Translations under genes and position numbers: made by a program
The notes under the pieces: generated by a model
What the model was told of the DNA's origin: nothing
Databases searched by the model: none
The model's input: the letters and a program-made list of their open reading frames with translations, nothing else
Assembly (NCBI GenBank): GCA_964486145.1
Contig: CAZAMT010000001.1
Span: 27 to 64,026 of the forward strand
DNA: 64,000 nt
Reading direction: 5' to 3'
Source of the DNA: an uncultured Bacteroidales bacterium
GTDB taxonomy: Bacteria; Bacteroidota; Bacteroidia; Bacteroidales; JAAAOM01
Shown here: piece after piece, positions 38,514-49,098 of the stretch
Layout of the letters: each line of letters begins with the position of its first letter
Position numbering within the stretch: position 1 is the stretch's first letter

Positions 38514-40391
38514 TTATCTTCCTAAATGCAAAAGTAATATATTTACGTCATTTGGCGATACTCCGCTAATCCGAGAAGCTTGTCCAATCGTTTTTGGCTT
38601 TATCCTGTTGAGTTTTTGTCTGGCTTCAGTTGATATTGATTTAAAATGATCATAATTGATTTCTTTGTTCAATTTAACTCCTTCAAGTCTTCCCAACTTA
38701 TCCGCAACCATTCTTTCTCTTTCAATGTATCCTTTATACTTTATCTCTATTTCAGCGGATTCCACAATTTCCTTGGACATCGAGGCTTCTAATTGCTCCA
38801 GTTTTGTTTTCAGTTTTTCGGTCGCCCCCGCTATTTCTGCCAGTTTAACTTCCGGTCGTAAAATCAGATTTATTATTTTTGTTTTCTGATTAATTTCTGT
38901 GCTGCTTTTGCTTTTCAGAAAACCATTTATCTGATCAGGGCCTGTACTTTCCTTCTCACATATATCAATTATCTCATTCACTTCTTTATATTTATCAACA
39001 ACCCTTCTTTTTCTTTCCTCACTTGCCAATCCGATTTTGTGTGATTTTTCTGTTAATCTTAAATCTGCATTATCCTGCCTTAGCAATATTCTATACTCTG
39101 CTCTCGAAGTGAACATTCGATAGGGTTCATCAACACCTTTTGTAACCAAATCGTCAATCAATACTCCAATATATGCCTCGTCTCTTTTCAATACAAACTC
39201 GTTCTTTACACCCAAAGCCTTCAATGCCGCATTCATTCCCGCTATTATTCCTTGTGCGCCTGCTTCCTCATATCCTGTAGTTCCGTTCACCTGACCAGCA
39301 AAAAATAAATTCTTTACCAATTTTGTTTCAAGTGTATGTAACAGTTGTGTAGGATCGTAATAATCATATTCGATAGCATAACCAGGACGGAATATTTTTA
39401 CATTCTCCAATCCCTTTATTTGCTTTAATGCCTTTAACTGCACCTCCCATGGCAACGAAGAACTAAACCCATTGATGTAATATTCCACATTATCGATACC
39501 CTCTGGTTCTAAAAATAACAAATGCCGCTCTTTTTCGGCAAAAGTTATAATTTTGTCTTCTATGCTTGGACAATATCTTGGTCCAATTCCCTGTATAACG
39601 CCACCAAAAAGCGGCGAATCATTGAATCCTTCTTTTAGTACCTCGTGAGTATCATCATTGGTGTATGTAATAAAACAACTTTTCCTATCCTTTATTTTTG
39701 GTTCTTCTGATAAGTATGTGAATTTTCCATCATTTTCACCTATTTGCTCCTGAAGTTCAGAAAAATCAATTGACCGTCCATCAATTCTTGCAGGTGTGCC
39801 TGTTTTCATTCGATACGTTCCAAACCCAAAATCTTTTAGCTGATCAGATAATCCAACTGACGCAGGTTCAGACACTCTACCTCCTTTGATATTAAATTTT
39901 CCAATGTGTATGAGACCATTTTGAAACGTCCCTGCAGTAAGAATTACTGTTTTTCCATAAAACTCAACTCCCATTCTTGTTTTAACACCAACAACTCTGC
40001 TATTTTTGAACAATAGGCCTTTCACTGTATCCTGCCAAAAATCTACATTTTTGATCTTTTCCAATTGTTTTCTCCATTCCGATGTAAATAAAAAGCGATC
40101 ACATTGTGCCCTCGGACTCCACATAGCAGGTCCCTTGCTTTTATTTAGCATTCGAAATTGAATGGAACTTCTATCTGTTATCAATCCCGAATATCCACCC
40201 AGCGCATCAATTTCCCGAACGATTTGACCTTTTGCAATACCACCCATCGCCGGATTGCATGACATTTGTGCAATTTTTGTCATGTCCATTGTAATAAGCA
40301 AAGTTTTTGCGCCCAGATTCCCAGCTACAGCCGCAGCTTCCGATCCGGCATGACCCGCCCCGATAACTATTACATCATACTTCCCTTCCAT
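38514..40391 (-). CDS. mnmG: tRNA uridine 5-carboxymethylaminomethyl modification enzyme MnmG (GidA)
   Basis: The FAD-binding N-terminus YDVIVIGAGHAGSEAA, a length of 625 aa and strong similarity throughout to the family pattern (GPRYCPSIEDK, QINGTTGYEEAAAQG-like) support the call. Confidence 0.97.
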   Translation of the reverse strand: MEGKYDVIVIGAGHAGSEAAAVAGNLGAKTLLITMDMTKIAQMSCNPAMGGIAKGQIVREIDALGGYSGLITDRSSIQFRMLNKSKGPAMWSPRAQCDRFLFTSEWRKQLEKIKNVDFWQDTVKGLLFKNSRVVGVKTRMGVEFYGKTVILTAGTFQNGLIHIGKFNIKGGRVSEPASVGLSDQLKDFGFGTYRMKTGTPARIDGRSIDFSELQEQIGENDGKFTYLSEEPKIKDRKSCFITYTNDDTHEVLKEGFNDSPLFGGVIQGIGPRYCPSIEDKIITFAEKERHLLFLEPEGIDNVEYYINGFSSSLPWEVQLKALKQIKGLENVKIFRPGYAIEYDYYDPTQLLHTLETKLVKNLFFAGQVNGTTGYEEAGAQGIIAGMNAALKALGVKNEFVLKRDEAYIGVLIDDLVTKGVDEPYRMFTSRAEYRILLRQDNADLRLTEKSHKIGLASEERKRRVVDKYKEVNEIIDICEKESTGPDQINGFLKSKSSTEINQKTKIINLILRPEVKLAEIAGATEKLKTKLEQLEASMSKEIVESAEIEIKYKGYIERERMVADKLGRLEGVKLNKEINYDHFKSISTEARQKLNRIKPKTIGQASRISGVSPNDVNILLLHLGR

Positions 40392-40445
40392 TTTGCAAAA
40401 TTTTATACAAAAATAGCCAATTTGTATCTAATGGGTTGGTTTTGA

Positions 40446-40862
40446 TTAGCTAAAAATTTCTTCTAAATAGTAGTCCTCTTTCTCCCTCATCACTCTTTTA
40501 TCTTCTTCCGTTAAGTCATTATAGCCGGCTAAATGAAGCACTCCATGTATGACAACGCGATATAACTCATTCTTAACGCTTACATTATGTAAAATAGAAT
40601 TTTTAACTACCGTTTCTATGCCAATATACACGCTTCCAGAAAGTGAGTTCTTTTTTTCTTGTGTAAATGTTATTACGTCGGTGGGATAATGATGTCCGAG
40701 AAATTCAATATTTACTTTAGTAATATCTTCGTCGGAAAGAAGAATAATTTCTATGATGCCTGTATTGAATCCTTCCTTTTCTAAGTTTGAGGTAACCCAG
40801 GATTCAATCTCGACTTCGTTATAGTCTATATCATGTTCTGTTTCATTGTATAAACTAACCAA
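40446..40862 (-). CDS. ybeY: rRNA maturation RNase YbeY
   Basis: The zinc motif HGVLHLAGYND (HGxLHLxGYD) is present in a 138-aa protein with a TTG start. Confidence 0.85.
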   Translation of the reverse strand: MVSLYNETEHDIDYNEVEIESWVTSNLEKEGFNTGIIEIILLSDEDITKVNIEFLGHHYPTDVITFTQEKKNSLSGSVYIGIETVVKNSILHNVSVKNELYRVVIHGVLHLAGYNDLTEEDKRVMREKEDYYLEEIFS

Positions 40863-40868
40863 TGATTA

Positions 40869-41264
40869 TTAAATTTTAAACCCAAGTTCCACTGTACTTC
40901 CATTGTCGCGAAATTCCATTTCATCAGACAGTTTTTCCATTAAAAACACTCCTCTCCCGTTAATATTTTCAATATTTTCAGGTGCAGTTGGATCCGGAAT
41001 GTTCTCATAATCGAAACCAGGACCTTTATCTTTTACGATGATTTGTAACTTATTCTTTTCTATACTCATTTCCACATTTACCTCTTTTGACTCATCCAAC
41101 TTATTACCGTGCAAAATAGCATTGTTCGCTGCTTCCAAAGTAGCAATCAGGATATTCCCATAAGCATCCGAGTTGATTTCAAACTCAGCAGATAACTCAT
41201 CGATCATCTTTTCAACAATCCTTAAACTCTCTATCTTAGATGGAAAACTTATTTTACGTTCCAT
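40869..41264 (-). CDS. RsbW/SpoIIAB-like anti-sigma-factor-type ATPase/serine kinase
   Basis: 131 aa with HATPase_c_2-like boxes EAANNAILHGN (N-box), DKGPGFD (G1) and GRGVFLM (G2). Confidence 0.75.
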   Translation of the reverse strand: MERKISFPSKIESLRIVEKMIDELSAEFEINSDAYGNILIATLEAANNAILHGNKLDESKEVNVEMSIEKNKLQIIVKDKGPGFDYENIPDPTAPENIENINGRGVFLMEKLSDEMEFRDNGSTVELGFKI

Positions 41265-41341
41265 TATTTCATCAATTTTTACTCAAATATATAACGAAAT
41301 TACTAATTTATAGAATTTTTGTCTTTTCTAATTACTTTTTT

Positions 41342-42532
41342 TCAATTACTTGCATTAAAGCTTGACAGCCACATCTCCGGGTTATGTTTTTCAAATTCTT
41401 CCCATATTTCGAGGTGTAAGATGGATGATTTTTCATTTACATCGGTATATACTTTACCAATTACCTGCTTTATATTTATATTATCACCAGCCTCTACATA
41501 AACCTCTTTCAAATTTTGGTAAACTGTAAGGAAACTACCATGCCTAATAATCACAGTGTAATTCGCTCCCAGATATGAAAAAACCCTGGATACCTTACCC
41601 TCAAAAAGCGCAAGAACCTCAGCATTTTGTGTCGTTGAAATGTCGATGCCATTATTTCGAACAACATTACCTTTTAATACCGGATGTTCATGTTCACCAA
41701 AACCACGAATTACAAACCCTCTCCGAGTTGGCCAGGGAAGGCTCCCTCTGTTATTTTTAAAATTACTATCAATAATTTTCTCAGCCGGAGTTAATCTTTC
41801 CGCCAAACTTGTAGTTTTACTTTCCTCTTCTATCAATTTTAATATTTCATTTTCCAATCTCTCAGCAATCTTTCTTTGGTTTATTAGTTTTCTTTTCAAT
41901 TCCTCTTCCTTTGTTGACAATTTAGATAAAATTCGCTCCTTTTCAAGCTTTTCCCTTGCAAGACTTTTTGTCTCCTCATTTTTTTCAACAAACAGTAATT
42001 CTTTTTCTTCAATTTCCTCCTGGATACTCAGTATCTGATTATAGAGCGTTTTTTGAACAGCACTGATTAATCGCACCTGCTTTTTCCTAAAATCGCTATA
42101 TTGCTGTAGGTATTTAATTCTTTTATAAGCCTGGCTAAACGATGAAGAAGCCAAAACATACATTAAACGATTGCTTAATTCTCTGTTTTTGTAATGGTAA
42201 TAAATCATTCTTGCATATTCATCCTTTATCTTTTTCAAATCCTTTTCTAAAGACGATATTACATCTTTATTATCATCAATTTTATTCTCTAAATACTGCA
42301 TCTCCGAGTTTATCTCTTCGATAAGCTTTTCCCTAAGTTTAATTCTTCGTTGAATAATAAGCATGTCATTGTACGAGGATTTACGATTATTCCTTGTTTC
42401 TTCAAGTAGTTTATTGGTATAGGCGATTTCCTCCTGGGTTTTTTTTCTTCTATTTTCAAGTTCAACCCTCCCCTGCCCATACAATTGCGATGAGTATATC
42501 AATATACAAACTATCACATACCACTTACTCAT
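41342..42532 (-). CDS. EnvC-like murein hydrolase activator (coiled coil plus degenerate M23/LytM domain)
   Basis: A signal peptide and about 250 aa of coiled coil precede a C-terminal LytM domain. The metal ligands are replaced (NNGIDIS for HxxxD, YQNL for the HxH region), as in non-catalytic EnvC-type proteins. Confidence 0.85.
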   Translation of the reverse strand: MSKWYVIVCILIYSSQLYGQGRVELENRRKKTQEEIAYTNKLLEETRNNRKSSYNDMLIIQRRIKLREKLIEEINSEMQYLENKIDDNKDVISSLEKDLKKIKDEYARMIYYHYKNRELSNRLMYVLASSSFSQAYKRIKYLQQYSDFRKKQVRLISAVQKTLYNQILSIQEEIEEKELLFVEKNEETKSLAREKLEKERILSKLSTKEEELKRKLINQRKIAERLENEILKLIEEESKTTSLAERLTPAEKIIDSNFKNNRGSLPWPTRRGFVIRGFGEHEHPVLKGNVVRNNGIDISTTQNAEVLALFEGKVSRVFSYLGANYTVIIRHGSFLTVYQNLKEVYVEAGDNINIKQVIGKVYTDVNEKSSILHLEIWEEFEKHNPEMWLSSFNASN

Positions 42533-42547
42533 GCCATTTATCCAGCT

Positions 42548-44263
42548 TTATTCGTTACTTCTTATTTTATTTATTAACCCTTTGTTATCCGCATCTAGTA
42601 TAGACGCGGCCTTCCAGTATAACAAAGCATCTTCTACTTTTCCCAGTGCAAGTAAGATATCACCGTAGTGTTCCAGTATTTCAGGATTCTTACTTCCTCC
42701 TTTTTCATATGCTCTTTTAATATATTTTAAAGCTTTCTCATAATCACCTTTATTGTATAAAATCCATGCATACGTATCAAGGTAAGTAGGATTATCCGGT
42801 TCGCGTTCAATGGTCATCCTGCTATATTCCTCAGCCTTATCCAACCGCTCTTTTCTTATAGATAAATAGTAACTGTAATTATTCAACACAATCATATTTG
42901 TAGGATCCATTCGTAATACTTTTTCAAACGCTTCATCCGAGTACTCGTTCTTTCCAAGATCTCTGTACACATCACCAAGAAACGTAAGAAATTGAATTTT
43001 CAATTCCCTGTTTTCACCGCTCTTTTTAAGACCCGTATTAAACGATTGTACTGCTTCCCCATTTCTATCTAAACTCATTTCCGCCAATCCTTTAAACATA
43101 TACACCGTTGGCTGATCCGGAAATAACTTTTTTGCTTCGTTTGCATACGATAGTAATGATTCAAATTTTTGCAGTGCGTTTTTTATATATAGAATTTGCT
43201 CCCAGATAACAAAATTGCGTTTTTCTTTTTCTATAACTTTTTCTAAATCCTTTTCGCCTTTTTCCAATTGATTTGTGCGTACAAAAAAATCTGCCCGCAG
43301 CGTTAAAACACGAACATTATCCTTATTTTCTTCAACCAATTGGTTAATTATATCCAGCACTTCACTGCTTCTTTCTTTCATTAAATTAGCATTTGTGATA
43401 ATGCCAATAATAGTTTTCAGTTTCTCATCAGTGCTCAGACTTTCATTATTCAAACCTTTCCTGTAAAATTCAAACGCCTTATCCAATTCCCCTTTTTTAA
43501 CATAATGCTCAGCCGTGGAAAAATAAACAAACGCGTTGCTATCATCAAATTCAAGTATTTTCTTGTATTCCTGTTCCGCTTTCTCATTCTCCCCAATTTC
43601 CGAATAAAATTCCGCTAACATTCCATGATACATTATATTGTCAGGATCATATTCAATCAATTCTCTTATTTCCTCTTCCGCCTTACGATAATTGCCAGTT
43701 TCACCATATATTTGATGTTTTGCAATACTCACCTGTTCTGTAATACCATAAGCTTTTTCTATTCCCTCCAATACATCCAGAGCTGACTTAAATTCCCTGT
43801 TTTCAGCAAAAAGATTTGCTAACGTAAATTGATAATCCAGGTTTTCATCATTTTCTTCCACAAGATTTTCAAAAATCATTTGCGCACTATCACTTTTCCC
43901 TCCCGATTTATACAGATTGGCCAGATTCAATTTATACCAAATTTGCTCCTTATTTAATTCAACCGATTTTTTTGCATATGTTATAGCTCTGTCAATTTCA
44001 CCAACATTTGTGAAAATCAGCGACATTTGATAATAGGATGCTGCACTTTTCGGATTAACTTCTATGCATTTTTGATATAACACAAGGGCTTGCTTAATAT
44101 TTCCAAACACAAACTGTTTGGTTGCTTCTGTAAATGCATACGTATATTCCAAATTTTCATCCGATGTTCTATTTTCTTTGGAGTGCGTTACTTTCACATT
44201 TTTATTACACCCGGCAATGAAAATTATAAATAGTACTATCAGCAATAAAATTTTATTCTTCAT
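42548..44263 (-). CDS. Tetratricopeptide-repeat lipoprotein
   Basis: Lipobox IAGC is followed by repeated 34-aa TPR-like units across 571 aa. Confidence 0.85.
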   Translation of the reverse strand: MKNKILLLIVLFIIFIAGCNKNVKVTHSKENRTSDENLEYTYAFTEATKQFVFGNIKQALVLYQKCIEVNPKSAASYYQMSLIFTNVGEIDRAITYAKKSVELNKEQIWYKLNLANLYKSGGKSDSAQMIFENLVEENDENLDYQFTLANLFAENREFKSALDVLEGIEKAYGITEQVSIAKHQIYGETGNYRKAEEEIRELIEYDPDNIMYHGMLAEFYSEIGENEKAEQEYKKILEFDDSNAFVYFSTAEHYVKKGELDKAFEFYRKGLNNESLSTDEKLKTIIGIITNANLMKERSSEVLDIINQLVEENKDNVRVLTLRADFFVRTNQLEKGEKDLEKVIEKEKRNFVIWEQILYIKNALQKFESLLSYANEAKKLFPDQPTVYMFKGLAEMSLDRNGEAVQSFNTGLKKSGENRELKIQFLTFLGDVYRDLGKNEYSDEAFEKVLRMDPTNMIVLNNYSYYLSIRKERLDKAEEYSRMTIEREPDNPTYLDTYAWILYNKGDYEKALKYIKRAYEKGGSKNPEILEHYGDILLALGKVEDALLYWKAASILDADNKGLINKIRSNE

Positions 44264-44268
44264 TTATT

Positions 44269-44709
44269 TTAACTTTTTCCGGTATGTCCAAATCCACCTT
44301 CCCCACGCCCACTTTCATTAAGTGCATCAACCACATCCCAAGTTACTTCCTCGTGTTTTGATATAACCATTTGACAAATTCTTTCACCTGGTTTAATAAC
44401 ATAACTTTCATTTGACATGTTTACCAAGATGACTTTTATTTCACCCCTGTAATCCGCATCAATGGTACCTGGTGTGTTTAAAACTGATATGCCATGTTTT
44501 ATTGCCATTCCGCTTCTTGGACGAATCTGCGCCTCATATCCTTTTGGTAATTCGATAAATAAACCAGTAGGCAGGAGCTTACGTTCCAATGGCTGCATAA
44601 CAATATCCTCGTCGATGTTAGCTCTTAAGTCCATTCCAGCACTATACGCTGTTGAATAAACCGGTAAATCGTTCTTTGAATTATTGACAATTCTAACTTT
44701 TAAACTCAT
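44269..44709 (-). CDS. dut: dUTP diphosphatase
   Basis: [20 protein letters not shown] and the C-terminal GGFGHTG motif are present in a 146-aa protein. Confidence 0.95.
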   Translation of the reverse strand: MSLKVRIVNNSKNDLPVYSTAYSAGMDLRANIDEDIVMQPLERKLLPTGLFIELPKGYEAQIRPRSGMAIKHGISVLNTPGTIDADYRGEIKVILVNMSNESYVIKPGERICQMVISKHEEVTWDVVDALNESGRGEGGFGHTGKS

Positions 44710-44710
44710 T

Positions 44711-46177
44711 TTATCTCCAAAATATTTTTATTAAACCCTCTTTCTTTTCGAAAAATACAATAATACCTAACAATATTAATGTATTTACACCATATTTTAT
44801 TGCCATGTTTTGATAATCAATGTTTTTTACAATTAGAAATGCTGTCATTGCAATCAAGAAATATATACCTATTTTACTTAGACTGTAATTTATTTTGTAA
44901 TGCTTTAAACTAAGCATATACGAGAGAACTACCATAGATGCATAGCAAATAAGATGTGCCCACGCGCACCCCTCATAACCCATTAAAGGAATTAGTATTA
45001 AATTAGCCCCTATGGTTATCACCGCACCCGTAATAGAAATCAAAGCGCCATATTTTGTTAAATCATTTATTTTATACCAAACTGAGAGGTTATAAAATAT
45101 TCCTAAAAACAAGTTTGCCATCAACACGATAGGAACAATAAACAATCCTTCATGAAATTTTTTATCAATAAAATGTTTAAACAGATCGATATAAAAAATA
45201 ATTCCCAAAAAAATAATTAATCCAAAAATTATAAAATAACGCATAACATCCGCATATACCTGTTTTGCATCTATCTCACCAGCCTTTGAAAAGAAAAAAG
45301 GTTCAGCCGCGTATTTAAACATCTGAATAAATAGGGTCATAAACACTGCCAGTTTATAATTTGCCCCATAAATACCCAGTTGAATCAATGCCTCTTGCTG
45401 TCCCTCAATAAAATGTTTTAAAATAATTCTATCAATCGCTTCATTGATGGATCCGGCCAACCCTGCAATTAATAAAGGAAAGCTATATACAACAACTTTC
45501 CTTATAACTTCTTTTTTAAATTTAAATTTAAATTCGTTTACAATTTCAGGTATTAACATTAATAAAGTAATCGTGCTTGCTAATGCATTGATTATAAAAA
45601 CATATCCAACACCGATAGATTCTTTATACAGACCGCTCATCCACCCCACCGTATTATGATTTTTCTTAAAAACAACCAAAATTAACACCGATAAAATTAT
45701 AATTACTCCAACGTTGATAAATTTAATCAATGCAAACTTAAATGCTTTGTTCTGTGCACGTAATTTTGCAAATGGCACGCTTACAAATGCATCTAAGCCC
45801 ACAATATATGCAAATAATAAAATATAATATTGATTGTTCTGATATTCAAGAAAAGAAGCAATGGGATGAATAAAAACATGAACAAACAGAATAAACAAAC
45901 TTGATGTTATAAGCAAACTTGAAGTAAGTGTCGAAAAAAGTTCTTTTTTATTCTCTGAAGATTTATAAAACCTGAAAAATCCGGTTTCCATACCATAGGT
46001 CAAAATAATCAGAAGAACAATCATATACGAATACAGTTCGGTTATGACTCCATATTCTGCCCTACTAAATATACGAGTATAAAAAGGTGTTAAAACAACA
46101 AAATTGAGAAGTCTTGGAACAATGGTTCCCAAACCGTAAATCAATGTTTGACCTGCCAGACTTTTATATTGATTCAA
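44711..46177 (-). CDS. MOP-superfamily oligosaccharide/polysaccharide flippase
   Basis: 488 aa with about 12-14 hydrophobic helices. The N-terminus ([31 protein letters not shown]) is typical of Bacteroidota polysaccharide biosynthesis (Wzx-like) proteins. The TTG start overlaps the upstream stop (TTGA). Confidence 0.8.
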   Translation of the reverse strand: MNQYKSLAGQTLIYGLGTIVPRLLNFVVLTPFYTRIFSRAEYGVITELYSYMIVLLIILTYGMETGFFRFYKSSENKKELFSTLTSSLLITSSLFILFVHVFIHPIASFLEYQNNQYYILLFAYIVGLDAFVSVPFAKLRAQNKAFKFALIKFINVGVIIILSVLILVVFKKNHNTVGWMSGLYKESIGVGYVFIINALASTITLLMLIPEIVNEFKFKFKKEVIRKVVVYSFPLLIAGLAGSINEAIDRIILKHFIEGQQEALIQLGIYGANYKLAVFMTLFIQMFKYAAEPFFFSKAGEIDAKQVYADVMRYFIIFGLIIFLGIIFYIDLFKHFIDKKFHEGLFIVPIVLMANLFLGIFYNLSVWYKINDLTKYGALISITGAVITIGANLILIPLMGYEGCAWAHLICYASMVVLSYMLSLKHYKINYSLSKIGIYFLIAMTAFLIVKNIDYQNMAIKYGVNTLILLGIIVFFEKKEGLIKIFWR

Positions 46178-47034
46178 CTACTTGTTCTTTTAATTTGTTC
46201 TATTATTGATTGCAGGTTGCTATATCTGCATACAAATCCAGCTTCTTTCAAATGCTTGGGTTGAACGCATTGTCCTTCCGTAAAAAGTACCTTTTGTTGA
46301 CCAATAAATAAACCAATCAGCCATTCCGGGATGTGAACACCAATCCATCCCCGATACATTTTTGCAAGCTGATCATTTACATTTTTAACTTTTAACTTTT
46401 CGGGACTCGTTAGGTTAAACGTACCATCGAGCTGATTTTCAATAATATATTTAAACGCATTTACCAAATCATCAATATATATATAGCTAAAGTACTGTTC
46501 ACCTGATCCCAATGTGACTTTAAAACCCATCTTAAAGCCTGGTAACACTTTTTGAAGGTATCCTTCCTTTCCCATTACAATACCAATACGTGTAATCGCA
46601 AATTTATGATTTTTATTGAGATTCTTAACTTCCTTCTCCCAATCCAGTATCACTTTCGAAAGGAAATTCTCAGAATATTTTGCACTATCTTCATCGTAAC
46701 ATTCATCCTGAGCATATACCCCAATTGCTGACGCATTTATTAATTGCACCTGTTTTGTTTTGATTTCATTAAGTACATTCACAATATTTCGTGAAGGAAT
46801 AATCCTGCTTTCATAAATTTTCTTCTTATTCTTTTTAGTCCATAATTTGTAAACAGGAACTCCTGCAACGTTAATGATTACATCTACATTTTTTATAATA
46901 TCCCTTAGTTTACCCTTATCATATAATGCCTGACGAGGAATTTTCAATATTTCATTTTCTTTATCTAATTCCTTCACTAAATTTGAACCAATAAATCCAT
47001 GGCTACCTGCAATAGCAATTATCCTTTTTTCCAT
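46174..47034 (-). CDS. TIGR01777-family SDR epimerase-like protein (YfcH-like)
   Basis: The Rossmann N-terminus IAIAGSHGFIGSNL is present. Length and the C-terminal DUF1731-like segment (FTEGQCVQPKHLKEAGFVCRYSNL) fit the family. Confidence 0.8.
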   Translation of the reverse strand: MEKRIIAIAGSHGFIGSNLVKELDKENEILKIPRQALYDKGKLRDIIKNVDVIINVAGVPVYKLWTKKNKKKIYESRIIPSRNIVNVLNEIKTKQVQLINASAIGVYAQDECYDEDSAKYSENFLSKVILDWEKEVKNLNKNHKFAITRIGIVMGKEGYLQKVLPGFKMGFKVTLGSGEQYFSYIYIDDLVNAFKYIIENQLDGTFNLTSPEKLKVKNVNDQLAKMYRGWIGVHIPEWLIGLFIGQQKVLFTEGQCVQPKHLKEAGFVCRYSNLQSIIEQIKRTSS

Positions 47035-47159
47035 TATTTTTTTTTTTGCGTTTCAACAATCCAACTAAAAACCTGTATGCTTTATCTTCATCTGATAAAA
47101 TTCTACACCAGCAAATTCGAACATGATATTTGGTGATTTTATAATAACCAATTATGTTC

Positions 47160-47167
47160 TACATTTG
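47160..47167 (+). promoter_or_regulatory. Candidate Bacteroidota -7 promoter box (TACATTTG)
   Basis: It matches TAnnTTTG and lies 17 nt upstream of the cyclophilin ATG at 47184. The nearest TTTG (47129-47132) is spaced too far to be a canonical -33 element. Confidence 0.35.
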
Positions 47168-47183
47168 CAAAAAGTTTTTTATT

Positions 47184-47840
47184 ATGAAAACAATTTTGAA
47201 AGCATTTTTGCTTATTTTTTTTATAATTCCATTAGTTGTGCAATCTCAAACCCGTATTGAAATTGTAACATCCTTAGGAACTATGGAAGGAATACTGTAC
47301 GATCAAACACCTATACATAAAGAAAATTTTATTGAACTTGTTTCTAAAAATCATTATGATGGTATGCTGTTTCACCGGGTTATTCAAGACTTCATGATTC
47401 AAACTGGTGATCCTGAATCAAAAACAGCGAAACCCGGTCAGTCGTTGGGGCACGGTGATGTTGGTTATAAACTACCGCCTGAATTTGATCCATCCTTGTA
47501 TCATAAAAAAGGTGCAATTGCAGCAGCACGTCAATCAGATAATCGCAATCCGCAAAAAAAATCCTCAGGATCACAGTTTTACATTGTCCAGGGAACTGTT
47601 TTTACCCCCGAACAACTCGAGATTTTTGTTGAAAAAGATTTGCATATACCTTTCACTCCTGAGCAGATAAAAGCCTATACAACAAAGGGTGGTACGCCAC
47701 ATTTAGACTATTCTTATACTGTTTTTGGCCAAATTACCAGTGGTTTTGACGTTCTTGATAAAATCACCAATGCTGAAACAGACCCACGCGATCGTCCATT
47801 AAATGATATTAAAGTGATAAATATTAACTTATTAAAATAA
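47184..47840 (+). CDS. Peptidylprolyl isomerase (cyclophilin type), secreted
   Basis: The start at MKTILKAFLLIFFIIPLVVQSQ gives a signal peptide. Cyclophilin motifs FHRVIQDFMIQTGDP and SQFYIV are present. Confidence 0.9.
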   Translation: MKTILKAFLLIFFIIPLVVQSQTRIEIVTSLGTMEGILYDQTPIHKENFIELVSKNHYDGMLFHRVIQDFMIQTGDPESKTAKPGQSLGHGDVGYKLPPEFDPSLYHKKGAIAAARQSDNRNPQKKSSGSQFYIVQGTVFTPEQLEIFVEKDLHIPFTPEQIKAYTTKGGTPHLDYSYTVFGQITSGFDVLDKITNAETDPRDRPLNDIKVININLLK

Positions 47841-47854
47841 TTACCATATTAAAT

Positions 47855-48874
47855 ATGATTGATAAAATTAACCAGTTGCTTGATGAAATTACTTCGTTTA
47901 CATCAACCAAACCAGACGATATAGAAAACTTCCGTATTCGTTATTTATCTAAAAAGGGTATTATCCCTCAGCTATTCAATGAATTTAAATTCATACCCAA
48001 TGATAAAAAACGTGAAGTAGGTCAAAAGATCAACACATTAAAACAAGCTGTTTCTGATAAAATAGAAACTCTTAAAAATCAATCATCTCAAACAACCGGG
48101 GTCAACAAGCATCATGATCTTACTTTACCACCGGAATATATTCGATTGGGCTCCCGCCACCCCATTTCCATCATGCGTCGTGAAATTATTGACATATTTG
48201 CCCGAATTGGTTTTACTGTTTCAGAAGGGCCAGAGATTGAAGATGACTGGCATGTATTTTCCGCTTTAAACTTTCCTCCTAATCATCCTGCCAGGGACAT
48301 GCAGGACACATTTTTTATAGAGAAGGAACCAGACATTTTATTACGAACACATACATCTTCTGTTCAGATTCGCGAAATGAATATTCAAAAGCCTCCAATC
48401 CGCATTATTATGCCTGGTCGGGTTTTTCGAAATGAAGCCATTTCGGCGCGAGCACATTGCATTTTTCACCAGGTTGAAGGATTGTACATTGATACCGACG
48501 TTTCCTTTGCAGACCTGAAACAAACTTTATTATACTTTGCTAAAGAAATGTTTGGCGAGAATACCGATATCCGACTGCGCCCATCGTTTTTTCCTTTCAC
48601 CGAACCTTCCGCAGAACTGGATATCAGTTGTAATCTATGTGGAGGTACAGGATGCAATGTTTGTAAATATTCCGGATGGGTTGAAATACTTGGTTGCGGA
48701 ATGGTTGATCCCAACGTTCTCGAAGCATGCAACATTGACAGCACCAAATACACCGGCTTTGCCTTCGGAATGGGCATCGAACGCTCTGCTATGCTTAAAT
48801 TTCAGGTAAATGATTTACGTCTTTACTTCGAAAATGATATTCGTTTTTTATCTCAGTTCAGCACATCATCCTGA
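47855..48874 (+). CDS. pheS: Phenylalanine--tRNA ligase alpha subunit
   Basis: Class II motifs are present (HPARDMQDTFF, GRVFRNEAISARAH, GFAFGMGIERSAML) in a 339-aa protein. Confidence 0.97.
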   Translation: MIDKINQLLDEITSFTSTKPDDIENFRIRYLSKKGIIPQLFNEFKFIPNDKKREVGQKINTLKQAVSDKIETLKNQSSQTTGVNKHHDLTLPPEYIRLGSRHPISIMRREIIDIFARIGFTVSEGPEIEDDWHVFSALNFPPNHPARDMQDTFFIEKEPDILLRTHTSSVQIREMNIQKPPIRIIMPGRVFRNEAISARAHCIFHQVEGLYIDTDVSFADLKQTLLYFAKEMFGENTDIRLRPSFFPFTEPSAELDISCNLCGGTGCNVCKYSGWVEILGCGMVDPNVLEACNIDSTKYTGFAFGMGIERSAMLKFQVNDLRLYFENDIRFLSQFSTSS

Positions 48875-48885
48875 TATCGAGTGAT

Positions 48886-49056
48886 TCATGCAACGTACTT
48901 GTTCGTGATAATGTATGTAAACAGGCCACCAACAACCAAAACCATACTCACCAGTAACCACGTATTGGTTGTTAAGTTGTTTAATACACTGATTGCCAAT
49001 AAAATAAAACCACAAAGCACCAATATGATACCAATATTTTTTACGAATTCTTTCAT
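48886..49056 (-). CDS. Small two-TM membrane protein (hypothetical)
   Basis: It encodes 56 aa from MKEFVKN, or 65 aa from the upstream alternative start, with two clear hydrophobic helices. No homology was recognised, so coding status is uncertain. Confidence 0.4.
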   Translation of the reverse strand: MKEFVKNIGIILVLCGFILLAISVLNNLTTNTWLLVSMVLVVGGLFTYIITNKYVA

Positions 49057-49098
49057 TTTATATTGAGTTTGATTTTTTTCCAAAGTAAATAAATATCC

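Noticed and set aside
38449-38514. The first 22 codons of ORF 36661..38514 (MFHVEQMKISIEVFHVEHFFIF) as the UvrC N-terminus
   Set aside because: The FHVE peptides are just the translation of the two parS palindromes. UvrC's GIY-YIG domain begins right after MDIKSKILALP, so the start is at 38448.
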